Positions 1-8,872 of a DNA stretch of 46,503 nucleotides are shown here, piece after piece; the stretch's first letter is position 1, and every line of letters begins with the position of its first letter. The notes beneath the pieces are model-generated. The model searched no databases, was not told the DNA's origin, and saw only the letters and a program-made list of their open reading frames with translations. The position numbers and the translations under genes are program-made. The stretch is from a virus (lineage: Duplodnaviria; Caudoviricetes): positions 1 to 46,503 of IMG/VR virus record IMGVR_UViG_3300030376_000410. One strand, given 5' to 3'.

Positions 1-149
1 ACTATGAAGTAAAGGACAATCCACTGAACTGGCTGGATGATGTGTTAGGTGTAGAGCATCAGAACTTCTTTGAAGGCCGTGCAACTACCTACATGAAGGC
101 TGGACTACGTGGCGATGTCGGTTCAATTACTTTTAACAAAGTTGCATAG
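1..149 (+). CDS. nrdB: Ribonucleotide reductase class I beta subunit, C-terminal fragment (5' truncated by window edge)
   Basis: Frame 3 reads YEVKDNPLNWLDDVLGVEHQNFFEGRATTYMKAGLRGDVGSITFNKVA*; NPLxWLD...HxNFFExRATxY is the NrdB C-terminal signature; nrdA begins at the other end of the window. Confidence 0.88.
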   Translation, partial: YEVKDNPLNWLDDVLGVEHQNFFEGRATTYMKAGLRGDVGSITFNKVA

Positions 150-158
150 GAGCATACT

Positions 159-371
159 ATGCCAAAAGAAGGAAATATTATAAGCTTTAAAGTTTTTGTA
201 GATTCTAAAGGTTTATTAATGACTGAGTATTCTAAAGTTCCTAATGATAAAATAAATAAAATATTTACATCAGAAGATGCTTCTTATATAGAAAAAATAT
301 TAGCCAAGGTAGATCCTCAGTTTAGAAATATGCACAAAGAATTGGAGCAAGAACTAGAGAGTTTAAATTGA
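159..371 (+). CDS. Hypothetical protein, last gene of the plus-strand arm
   Basis: 70 aa ORF with AGGAG RBS immediately after the nrdB stop. Confidence 0.75.
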   Translation: MPKEGNIISFKVFVDSKGLLMTEYSKVPNDKINKIFTSEDASYIEKILAKVDPQFRNMHKELEQELESLN

Positions 372-515
372 TTGATTATATATTTAATATATGTGTAAGC
401 ATATTAATTATAATAGGAGAAATTACAGGTTGGGGATATCAACTTTCTAATATACTTATTTTTGTTGTCCTTCAACCCCTTTTAATTTTTCTTTTTGCTT
501 CTCTTTGGATTAGAG

Positions 516-722
516 CTAAACTAAAAGGTTGATGATCTGGGATGATGAAGATACATTGCGTACACTTATTGTTCCATGATCGTACTGGTAGTACACAGTC
601 CTAAAAACAGTACTGTCAATTCTACCAGTATCCCCGCCGCTATTAACAACAGAAGTGCGCGTCTCTGTGTTGACATAACTACTCAGTAGCATGTTTGATA
701 CAGGTAATACAGGCCCTACCAT
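516..722 (-). CDS. Hypothetical protein, last gene of the minus-strand arm
   Basis: 68 aa ORF overlapping the end of the upstream gene in the same orientation. Confidence 0.5.
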   Translation of the reverse strand: MVGPVLPVSNMLLSSYVNTETRTSVVNSGGDTGRIDSTVFRTVYYQYDHGTISVRNVSSSSQIINLLV

Positions 723-1039
723 TTGGATCTATTAGCCCAATATGCCGCACTCATTTTACCCTTCTTAATGTTCTTAGCGTGACGAGCTTTAAAGCTTGCA
801 CGTTTCTTTTTCATCTTGTCAGACTCTCCTGCCTTTGGCTTACCTGCCGTCTTAGCACCTTGCTCACCAAATCGAATAGTCTTGATCTTGTCACCTTCTT
901 TAGCCACTACAACATGTGACTTCTTAGGATGCTTCGGAGTTCTCTTAGGCTTGTTATAGCCGCTAACGCCTGCACGAACTAAACGTGGATCTTTCTTCTT
1001 AGCCTTACCACCTTTTTTATATTCTTCTCTATCTATCAT
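716..1039 (-). CDS. Conserved highly basic phage protein
   Basis: 107 aa, Lys/Arg-rich; KKSHVVVAKEGDKIKTIRFG...RASFKARH...SAAYWA pattern recognised from aquatic phages; ATGA coupling to upstream gene. Confidence 0.8.
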   Translation of the reverse strand: MIDREEYKKGGKAKKKDPRLVRAGVSGYNKPKRTPKHPKKSHVVVAKEGDKIKTIRFGEQGAKTAGKPKAGESDKMKKKRASFKARHAKNIKKGKMSAAYWANRSKW

Positions 1040-1290
1040 TTGCGGTGCCTCGCTGTTTTCTTTGCTATCTTTTTGGGTTGCTTAGAGTGCTGTTTTCCTT
1101 TCTTTGTGTCTTCACGTTTCTTTTTGGAAGTGGCAGCGTACTCCTTGTCTGATAGAGCCTCTCTAGCCTTCTTCGGGAGATACCTTTCACCTGTTGCTTT
1201 CTTTCCTTGTGTTGAGGGTTTACCTGACTTGGTTCCCCATTTCTCTTTAGTCCACTTCTTTAGGGACTTCTGTGATTTCTTTAACGCCAT
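1036..1290 (-). CDS. Basic protein corresponding to the C-terminal partner region of DUF5872-type proteins
   Basis: SQKSLKKWTKEKWGTKSG...TGERYLPKKA motif; TAATG coupling. Confidence 0.75.
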   Translation of the reverse strand: MALKKSQKSLKKWTKEKWGTKSGKPSTQGKKATGERYLPKKAREALSDKEYAATSKKKREDTKKGKQHSKQPKKIAKKTARHRK

Positions 1291-1487
1291 TACTTGTACC
1301 CACCACCTGCTGCTTTGTATTCCTTAGCAAGCATCTGAGCTTTACGGGCTGACCACTGTCCCGGCTTACCGCCTTTACTACCCGCCTTGATCTTGTTAAA
1401 TAAACGCTTACGCATAGTAGGCTTGGTATAGTTACCTGCCTCATTAACTCTGGACTTCTTCTTTGCTGGCTTCTTAGCTGCTGGCAT
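1290..1487 (-). CDS. DUF5872-like basic protein
   Basis: YTKPTMRKRLFNKIKAGSKGGKPGQWSARKAQMLAKEYKAAGGGY motif; GGAGG RBS. Confidence 0.8.
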   Translation of the reverse strand: MPAAKKPAKKKSRVNEAGNYTKPTMRKRLFNKIKAGSKGGKPGQWSARKAQMLAKEYKAAGGGYK

Positions 1488-1498
1488 AGTGCCTCCGC

Positions 1499-1948
1499 TT
1501 ATTTAGTTAAGTATGAAATTAAAATGGCTAAACACACAGGCACCAATAGCACCAATACGGCTACGACAGCACCTATTTCTCTAACGTCCTTCCAAAACTT
1601 TTTCTTAGCTGCTGCTGCTCTAGCTAATTCTAGCTGTTTAGCCTTCCTAGCTTCAGCCATAGCAGCCATAGCTTCTTGATATAGCTGACCGTTACCACTA
1701 ACTGTAAAGAGATCTTTGATCTCCTTCATGGTTTCCTGTATTTGTTTCTTAGCTAGTGCAGCTTTTACAGCATCTGCTTCAGATAGTTTACCCTCATTTT
1801 GCGCCCTTGCAAGCTCTACTTCAGCGCCACCAAGCGTAGATAAGAAACCTGATATAGATTGTATATCATTAGTAGTTTCAGCTACACGTTTGATAGCGCC
1901 TGTGGCGGCGTTAACACCTGCTATGATCGCAGATATTTCAGCAATCAT
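1499..1948 (-). CDS. Hypothetical membrane protein in lysis region
   Basis: 149 aa, helical, C-terminal hydrophobic segment IGAVVAVLVLLVPVCLAILISYL. Confidence 0.75.
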   Translation of the reverse strand: MIAEISAIIAGVNAATGAIKRVAETTNDIQSISGFLSTLGGAEVELARAQNEGKLSEADAVKAALAKKQIQETMKEIKDLFTVSGNGQLYQEAMAAMAEARKAKQLELARAAAAKKKFWKDVREIGAVVAVLVLLVPVCLAILISYLTK

Positions 1949-2334
1949 TTTCTGGTCTTCTCATATGACCTCATAGCACCCAATCCCAACATCCCCATAA
2001 GTACAGGCATCATAGTTTCTAGTGGTACTAGAGGTATAACAATGTCTATGCCTACTAAGGCCAGTACAAAGTTAGAAAATGGAATTGTAATAAAGTTTCC
2101 GAACATCCCCAGCCCACATGTCCAACCAATAAAGGGCCTCCAGCCGCTTACAAAGATGCTAGAATGTGCTGCTTCAGTTTTGTTAACCTCAAGCTGACCC
2201 TTCATAAGTTCTTGATGATGTTCTTCTGACATCGTTGCGATCTTATGGGCCAACATAGCTTTCTGGTCTTTGTCTTCAATAAACTTATCTAGTAAGCCAG
2301 TGACAGGGCCTACTAAGCTTGCTACAATACTCAT
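1945..2334 (-). CDS. Holin (GTA 3-TM holin family)
   Basis: LDKFIEDKD, VNKTEAAH, FVSGWRPFIGW and LMGMLGLGAMRSYEK motifs; start revised to MSIVASL right after the endolysin stop. Confidence 0.85.
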   Translation of the reverse strand: MSIVASLVGPVTGLLDKFIEDKDQKAMLAHKIATMSEEHHQELMKGQLEVNKTEAAHSSIFVSGWRPFIGWTCGLGMFGNFITIPFSNFVLALVGIDIVIPLVPLETMMPVLMGMLGLGAMRSYEKTRK

Positions 2335-2335
2335 A

Positions 2336-2704
2336 TTAATAACTCCAGATGTGTGGCCTTGGACGGCCTTCAGAGCATTCAAGGTCATCAAGATGTATGA
2401 ATCTAGTAGGGCCTTTCTGACTTACACCAATACCAGTGAAACCTGCTTCTAGAGCGCCCTGTACGAGCTTGTAAGCGGCTTCACCACGTACCCCTATATC
2501 TAGGGCCTTACCTGATGCGTGTGCCCCCGGAGAGGCTTTACGGGCCTCTATGGGATGATCAGCACAACGGTATGCAGAGTTAACAGGAAAGCTAAATCCC
2601 ATCTTCTCACGTAAGTCATCTACTTTTTGCATGAACTCAGAGTCCATGCCATTAGCTTGACAATGCTTACACTCTAGTTCTTCTTCTGTAAAATATTTAT
2701 ACAT
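2336..2704 (-). CDS. Endolysin, peptidase M15 (Zn D-Ala-D-Ala carboxypeptidase fold)
   Basis: YFTEEELEC, VNSAYRC, HASGKALD and FIHLD motifs; adjacent to holin. Confidence 0.9.
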   Translation of the reverse strand: MYKYFTEEELECKHCQANGMDSEFMQKVDDLREKMGFSFPVNSAYRCADHPIEARKASPGAHASGKALDIGVRGEAAYKLVQGALEAGFTGIGVSQKGPTRFIHLDDLECSEGRPRPHIWSY

Positions 2705-3561
2705 TAAATAAGACCTTCTATTTTCTTAACATCCGTAGAGGCAAGTTTACCTAAATTAATTCTTACTTCGCTTCCCTCACCTTCTCCGCTTCCTAGCTCT
2801 CTAGCTATGTTTCTTAGCTGTGCATAAGGGCTGAAGCCTGCTCTTTTAATACCGGACATTAAACCTGTAAAACTAAACTTATCATCAGAGTCATTAAAGT
2901 TATAACGATCTACAATAATAGTATTGCCTTCATTATCTTTTTCTATACGCGCTTGACCCACGGTAGTCTTCATAGAATACTCAGGATCAAATACTTTAGT
3001 AACAAAATCTAAAGCTCCACCACCGCCGCCTACATCTGCATACTGGCTTTGTCCCTGAACTTGAGTACCATAGTCAGCGTATTCAATAGCTGCCTTACCC
3101 TGACTTTGTGCGCGTAGTGCTGCCTTTCTTAAAGCTTCTTTTTCTTCTTCTTTTAAATCTTGTTCTGTTAAAGTTTCTGAGCCGCCAAATAAATCATACA
3201 CAAACTGGCGAACATTTGTAGGTAGTAAAGGATCTTCATTACGAACAGGTTTTTCAGGCTTGCTCATTAAAGAAGGGGCCTCTTGTTTAACAGGCTCTTT
3301 ACGTACAGGAGCTTCCTGTTTAACAGGCTCTTGACGTACAGGAGCCTCTTGTTTAACAGGCTTTTCACGTACAGGTTGTTGAGCAGCTTGGACTTGTGCA
3401 GCCATATCAGGTTCTTTAGAAGGCACTACAATTTTTTGGCCTACATAAATTTTATCGGGATTACTGATTTTATTATTACGAGCAAGCTCTTTGTAATCCA
3501 TATTATACTTCTTAGCAATTTGACTGAGGGTGTCTCCTCTTTTTATTTCATACGAACTCAT
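2704..3561 (-). CDS. LysM-domain virion protein with repeat linker
   Basis: N-terminal YEIKRGDTLSQIAKKY...NPDKIYVGQKIVVP LysM, then a PVKQEAPVR repeat linker. Confidence 0.85.
   Translation of the reverse strand: MSSYEIKRGDTLSQIAKKYNMDYKELARNNKISNPDKIYVGQKIVVPSKEPDMAAQVQAAQQPVREKPVKQEAPVRQEPVKQEAPVRKEPVKQEAPSLMSKPEKPVRNEDPLLPTNVRQFVYDLFGGSETLTEQDLKEEEKEALRKAALRAQSQGKAAIEYADYGTQVQGQSQYADVGGGGGALDFVTKVFDPEYSMKTTVGQARIEKDNEGNTIIVDRYNFNDSDDKFSFTGLMSGIKRAGFSPYAQLRNIARELGSGEGEGSEVRINLGKLASTDVKKIEGLI
3278..3375. repeat. 33-bp tandem repeat (about 3 copies) encoding PVR-x-x-PVKQEA
   Basis: Units like GCCTCTTGTTTAACAGGCTCTTTACGTACAGGA recur with few mismatches. Confidence 0.85.
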
Positions 3562-6500
3562 GCTGCTCTCCCTTTACGCAAAGCCTTTAATACTTTTCCA
3601 CCCGATTCAAAATTATGTCTTGCATCATTTGGATCAAACTCAATAGCACTTTCAGTTTTAAACTGTCCGGGCTTAAACAATATGTAAGAAAACGCCTCAT
3701 CAGTAGGTACATCTGCTGGAGTATCTGAAGTGTTTAAATACCTGATAGAATCAAAGCCTTGATCTTCTAGCATTTTTCTAAATGATAAATTAATATCTGC
3801 TTTTTTCATACGCTCTACAAGCAAGTCTTTTTCTGACATTCTATTTTTATTAAGCGTACCACCTGTTACTTCATCCTGCCAAGCTTCAAAGTCCAGTACT
3901 TTTTGATACAAGTTGTCTTTGGCAGCCCTAAACTTAGAAGCATTTAAATTTGGAGCCTGAGTGAATACAGCCTCAACAATATTAGGTATTGTATCTGGAG
4001 TATCGAACAACACTGAAGCGTCTGAGTACAGAGCAAAGTTAGGATCGTTTAGTTCTAAAGGATTTTTAACTTGTATAAACCCACGCATCATAGATATTGG
4101 AGGAGGAGCTTCTCCTTTTTTCAAAGGCTTTTTAAGCCTATTAGATATTTGCCGTGAAGTTAAACCTGAGTCTTCATCAAAAGCATCCTCGTCTCCTTGT
4201 CTCCTAAACAATGCCATACGTTCTGCTTGAGTCTGAGTTCCTACGTGCAGTCCCGTTTCGTTAGGCATACCCACAGCCTCTTCAAACTCATTAGAGAAAC
4301 CACTAGCCACTGCTCTGTATTGCATTTGTTTTTCTTTAGATGCGGCTATAAAAGCTTTTTTATTTGCTTCACGAATTTCAGGAGAAACCGTGTAGTCTAT
4401 AGGCATTACCTTACCTGAAGGATCTGTAGGCAGTGCTTGCCTTGGCATTCTGCTAAAAATTTTACGAGCCAATGTCCGTTCTTCTGGCGTAAACTCTGCT
4501 ATAAGTTTTGTTACTTCTTCAGTAGAAATAGTTCTACCGACAGTTTGAGCAACACCTTTGTAGTAATTATCAAACTTATATTCCCAATTAGTATTAATGT
4601 TTCTAGCACCAATAGTATCTAGCTCGTAAGCTACATGATAATCTATGTCTTGAGTATTGGCTCCTTCCATGTCGAACTGCTCGGATAGTTTCATGTCTCT
4701 ATTGTAGTTTTTTATTTGCTCTTTACTATAACCACGCGCCCTGCTAAAGTCATCTCCCATGCGTAAAGCACCTTGCTCGTCTATAAACTCAGGCATTTCT
4801 TTTCGCATATCGGGCATACTTAGGTCATGCTTTTCACCAATCGAAGATTTAACTTTTGCAAACAACATTTCCTTAAAGTCAGGATCGTCTAGCTCTGCTG
4901 GTAAATCAGGATCTGGACTAGCGTAAGTTTCTTCAATATTTTTAGCTACTTTAATTGCACCCTCAGTAGAAACTTTTACATTGTTTTTCTTGGTTTCCCC
5001 TAGAATAGTTTGAGCCAACTCATTTACAAAGGGTGATAAAGCTTTGGTAGCTGCTCTAGTCAGTCCGCCTATTACGTATCGACTTCTTTCTTCACGATCT
5101 TCTTGATCAATAAAGGCATCCCCAGCTTGTGAGTCGTAGGGACGGCCTGTTACTTTATCTATGCGCTCATCAGGTTCACTAGATGCACTTTCTACTTCTA
5201 CAAGGCCACCTTTGTCGTATGGCGCTCTACGCTTTTTCTTTTCAAAGTCTGACCAAAACTGATCATAATCTTCTTTAACATCTTCGCCCATAACCGGATC
5301 TATAGCGCCATAAAAAGGAGTACGACCACCTATAATTGGCATCACTTTACCATAGCTAAATCCTCTAGCTATATCGCTTCCTACAGGGCCAGCTAAGGAA
5401 GCTGTGGCAGTAAAGGGATTGCCTGTTACATCATAAGTTTTTTGAGTTCGTTGAACCATATCTAAAAGAATACCCGCGCCTCCCCACCGCGCTACGCCTT
5501 CAGCAGCAATTTCAGCTCCGCTTTTATCTGAAAAAGAATCTGGATTTCTTAAATAATTCAAACCTGTAGCCACCGCTGTCATACTTATAGCAGCAGCCAA
5601 AGTATTAGCAAACCCTACAGGATTGTCAAAGGGATCTCGAACACCACGTACAAACTCTTTTAAAACTTTATTTGTAAAAGCTGTGGGGTAACCTAGTAGC
5701 TCTGCAAAGATTGCTTTTTTAGGATCTGACATCCAAATAGGTTTTATGGCTGCTCTAGGGCTTGTATCCAAAACAACTTCATTTACATACCTACCAGCAC
5801 CTCTTTTAATATTTTTATAAAAAGGATCTTTAGAATTTATTTCACCATTATTTCTATTTAAATAAGCAATACCTTGATCTACATCTACGTTGAGTTCAGC
5901 CAGTTGATTTCGTAAATTTTTAATTCTTTTAGAATCAGGCAAGGCCCCATGATTTTTAATAGCTGTTAAATTTTTATGTATTAAAGATTTGCCTGTATTA
6001 TACCCAGCAAGCTGCACTGTTTTTGTCCAACCGTCTAACAAAGTTATTTGAAAAAATCCCCTATTTGCTTTTTTAAAACCGTGCCCCGCTACACTAGAGT
6101 CTCCTAAGCGATCAGCTGCGCTAACACTGGCATTTTCTAACATTAAAAATGACTCTCGCATTTCATGGAATATTTCAGGATCTGAAAGACCTTGATCTCC
6201 TAGCTTTCTTCGTAGTCCATTAGTCATTAATTCTGTGCCTTGAGCAATTGCCTGCCCAAGACCCCTAGTCATTTCGCCTGCCCCGGCCTTTTGCATATTA
6301 ATAAGTATTTCAGTCAAACTGGATATTGTGGCAAAAGGTAAAGTAGACATTCTTACCAGAGTTGCATAGCCATCTCGGGCAAACTGTCCCGCAGGCCCAA
6401 AGTCTTCTAAGCCTTCGCCTGTCATACTCTTGTAAAGATTTTGAATGTCTGTTGCATCCTTGCCAGTAAATGTATTACCTGCTTCTTCTACTTCTCTTTT

Positions 6501-8867
6501 AATAGGCTCAATAAATTTATTAGTAAACTCATTTACATTCTCTACACCAAACACTTTTCTTTTTGAATAAGAATTCGCACTTTGCGTAATGTATTGAAAT
6601 AAAACATTTTCAATATCATTATCAAGAAAGGCTTCATACTTATTATCGTCTTTAATATTACTAAACTTACGGGCAGTGAAAAAAGAATTTCCCGATACAT
6701 GAGAAGCTCCCATAGGGCCATCTACATCATCTTTCTTTTTTAGCATACCTGCTACAATAGCATTGGCTTCGTCCATATTTTTAGCTTCGCCATCTTCTAT
6801 AAGAAGTTTAGCAAATCTATTTTGACCTTTACCCGCCAGTTGATTTCTTTTAGCATCAGTTACAACTACACTTTGACCATAAAAGTCTTTCATCAAAGCC
6901 TTTCTATTCCAAAGACGCGGGAAGTAATCTTCAGGAATAACATCTGTTTGAAATCCCAATTCTTCATTTTTAGCAATTACTTGATTTAATACATCGCGTC
7001 TAATTAAACTTGCCGCTTTGTTTACATCCTCTGATTGAGAACGTGATCCACGCAAAGCTCTTATAAGTTCTTTGTTTATAACATCCTTTAAACCGCCTTG
7101 AGAAGCGTCTCGTAGGCTGTGCGTGGCTCTTATTAAAGGGGCATACAAAGATCCAGCATAGTCTTTCCAAGTCTCGTTGTAGTCCATGCCGACCTGTCGT
7201 GCTTCGCTTGTAAAAGTTTGATTAGCGTCATAACGCATTATTTCAGCTAAACGAAGAGCGGAAGGAGACTCAGAAAACTTAGTAAGTACTTTTGTAGGTC
7301 TTCCAAATAAAGCCTTACCATGTAGCGTTTGTGTTTTCTTTAGCAACATTGCTCTAGCATTATCTGGAGATATGACACCTCTTTCTACTTGCAACAGAGT
7401 GTCGGCTACTTCTGCCTGCGTTTGCTCACTGCCTCCAATTTTAGAAGTAAACGCTTGCGCTTTAGCTGTAATAGCTGCGGGAATCTCTACACTGCCCGCT
7501 TCTTGAGCCACGATAGTCAATTCATCAAGAGCTTTAGTTACCTTTTCAGAAGGAGCATCAGGGCCTTTCTTTCTAGTTTTCATGTAGTTGCTAAACGCAG
7601 CAATAGCAAACTCTCGGCGCTGTTTAGCTTTGTTCATACCATAGAATACTTCACCTATTTCTTCCATGAGTTCGTCATCTAGATCATCAATGTTAGGAAG
7701 ATCTCTAGTAGCTTCATAGTCAAATATAACTTCTTCTAGCTCTAACCTGTCTATATCATATTGCTCTGCAATTTTTTCTATGTCTGCATCAGATACAAAG
7801 CCACCATACTTAGTATCTTCTTGCTGGCGCTGTTGAGCTTCTTTAGAAGCCTGTCGAGACTGCTTAGCATTAAATCGTGCCTGCTTCTGAGCCTGTTCTG
7901 GGCTAGGAGCTACGCTCATTAAAAGCTCTTCTACGTCATCTTTAAATTCTAGATCTACATCTTTAACTTCTTCTGCTGAAATTTCATTTTGCGTAGGAGT
8001 GCCAGTTTCATTTACTAAGTTTAATTCAACTTCTTCTTCATCTACAGAGCGTCTAATGTTGGCATCACCCAACCTACTACGAAATATATTATTATAACCA
8101 CGACCAGCAAAAGACAAACCTTTGGCTAACCCCTCTCCAATTTCAGGAGAATATCGCCCTAAAGCACCACCTAAAGTTGCTCCGACACCCGCCGAAGTTA
8201 TGCTTTGCGCCATGTCAAATTCTTTTTGAATATCTGCTGCCATATTAACAGATTGTTCAGAAGCGTTACCAAGACCTCCCCAGCCTGCCCCAGCCACTGC
8301 TGTTTTTGTCATCATAGCATTCCGACTATTGCTGGCTGCAAATTGCAAAGCTCTTTTAGCTGCCTCGTTACCAACAGCAGCTTTCATGCTTGTTGCTAAT
8401 GCGGGGCCACTTACCATAAAAGTAGCTATGTTTACAGGGTCTTGAATAAGATGTTTAGCATTACCAAAAAAAGCACTTACATTTTCAAGACCTTCGGGAT
8501 CTGTATTTTCCCAATCCTGTAGTATTCTACCGTAAGCATCTTTAACTTCTTGCGGTGCTTTTTCAAGCATAGCGGCAGTACCAAAGCCAGAAAAAGTCAT
8601 AGCGTCTTGGCGTAGCCTATCTATAATTTCATCCGAAGCATAGTCTTCTACATTTCCTGCTACAGCTTTCATGTAATCGCTGTCGCCAAACCTATGCTCA
8701 AATACAGTTTCTAAATCCTCTGCTCTTGCAGCTTTAAAATCTGACACAGACATAGTAGTGTCTTGAGCGGCCTCTGGTATATCTTTAGATACAGGCGCAG
8801 ACTGCATGTGATCTGTAAAGTCATTAAGATTTGTAAAGTCTATTTTAGGCTTTGAAATTTCAGTCAT
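3558..8867 (-). CDS. Giant internal virion/ejection protein with C-terminal ADP-ribosyltransferase-like (ART-PolyVal-like) domain
   Basis: 1769 aa in the position of T7 gp16-like core proteins; YFPRLW motif; C-terminal GLHVGT...FIQVKNPL...GFDSIRYLN...YILFKPGQFKT...FDP pattern. Confidence 0.7.
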   Translation of the reverse strand: MTEISKPKIDFTNLNDFTDHMQSAPVSKDIPEAAQDTTMSVSDFKAARAEDLETVFEHRFGDSDYMKAVAGNVEDYASDEIIDRLRQDAMTFSGFGTAAMLEKAPQEVKDAYGRILQDWENTDPEGLENVSAFFGNAKHLIQDPVNIATFMVSGPALATSMKAAVGNEAAKRALQFAASNSRNAMMTKTAVAGAGWGGLGNASEQSVNMAADIQKEFDMAQSITSAGVGATLGGALGRYSPEIGEGLAKGLSFAGRGYNNIFRSRLGDANIRRSVDEEEVELNLVNETGTPTQNEISAEEVKDVDLEFKDDVEELLMSVAPSPEQAQKQARFNAKQSRQASKEAQQRQQEDTKYGGFVSDADIEKIAEQYDIDRLELEEVIFDYEATRDLPNIDDLDDELMEEIGEVFYGMNKAKQRREFAIAAFSNYMKTRKKGPDAPSEKVTKALDELTIVAQEAGSVEIPAAITAKAQAFTSKIGGSEQTQAEVADTLLQVERGVISPDNARAMLLKKTQTLHGKALFGRPTKVLTKFSESPSALRLAEIMRYDANQTFTSEARQVGMDYNETWKDYAGSLYAPLIRATHSLRDASQGGLKDVINKELIRALRGSRSQSEDVNKAASLIRRDVLNQVIAKNEELGFQTDVIPEDYFPRLWNRKALMKDFYGQSVVVTDAKRNQLAGKGQNRFAKLLIEDGEAKNMDEANAIVAGMLKKKDDVDGPMGASHVSGNSFFTARKFSNIKDDNKYEAFLDNDIENVLFQYITQSANSYSKRKVFGVENVNEFTNKFIEPIKREVEEAGNTFTGKDATDIQNLYKSMTGEGLEDFGPAGQFARDGYATLVRMSTLPFATISSLTEILINMQKAGAGEMTRGLGQAIAQGTELMTNGLRRKLGDQGLSDPEIFHEMRESFLMLENASVSAADRLGDSSVAGHGFKKANRGFFQITLLDGWTKTVQLAGYNTGKSLIHKNLTAIKNHGALPDSKRIKNLRNQLAELNVDVDQGIAYLNRNNGEINSKDPFYKNIKRGAGRYVNEVVLDTSPRAAIKPIWMSDPKKAIFAELLGYPTAFTNKVLKEFVRGVRDPFDNPVGFANTLAAAISMTAVATGLNYLRNPDSFSDKSGAEIAAEGVARWGGAGILLDMVQRTQKTYDVTGNPFTATASLAGPVGSDIARGFSYGKVMPIIGGRTPFYGAIDPVMGEDVKEDYDQFWSDFEKKKRRAPYDKGGLVEVESASSEPDERIDKVTGRPYDSQAGDAFIDQEDREERSRYVIGGLTRAATKALSPFVNELAQTILGETKKNNVKVSTEGAIKVAKNIEETYASPDPDLPAELDDPDFKEMLFAKVKSSIGEKHDLSMPDMRKEMPEFIDEQGALRMGDDFSRARGYSKEQIKNYNRDMKLSEQFDMEGANTQDIDYHVAYELDTIGARNINTNWEYKFDNYYKGVAQTVGRTISTEEVTKLIAEFTPEERTLARKIFSRMPRQALPTDPSGKVMPIDYTVSPEIREANKKAFIAASKEKQMQYRAVASGFSNEFEEAVGMPNETGLHVGTQTQAERMALFRRQGDEDAFDEDSGLTSRQISNRLKKPLKKGEAPPPISMMRGFIQVKNPLELNDPNFALYSDASVLFDTPDTIPNIVEAVFTQAPNLNASKFRAAKDNLYQKVLDFEAWQDEVTGGTLNKNRMSEKDLLVERMKKADINLSFRKMLEDQGFDSIRYLNTSDTPADVPTDEAFSYILFKPGQFKTESAIEFDPNDARHNFESGGKVLKALRKGRAA

Positions 8868-8872
8868 TTAAA

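Noticed and set aside
372-515. Bidirectional terminator or small ORF at the arm convergence point
   Set aside because: AT-rich, with no convincing GC stem flanked by A/U tracts and no ORF with a credible start and RBS.
3558-8867. N4-like virion RNA polymerase to explain the hairpins as promoters
   Set aside because: About half the size of N4 vRNAP and I could not find T7-family or double-psi polymerase catalytic motifs by eye. A structure search would be needed to exclude it fully.
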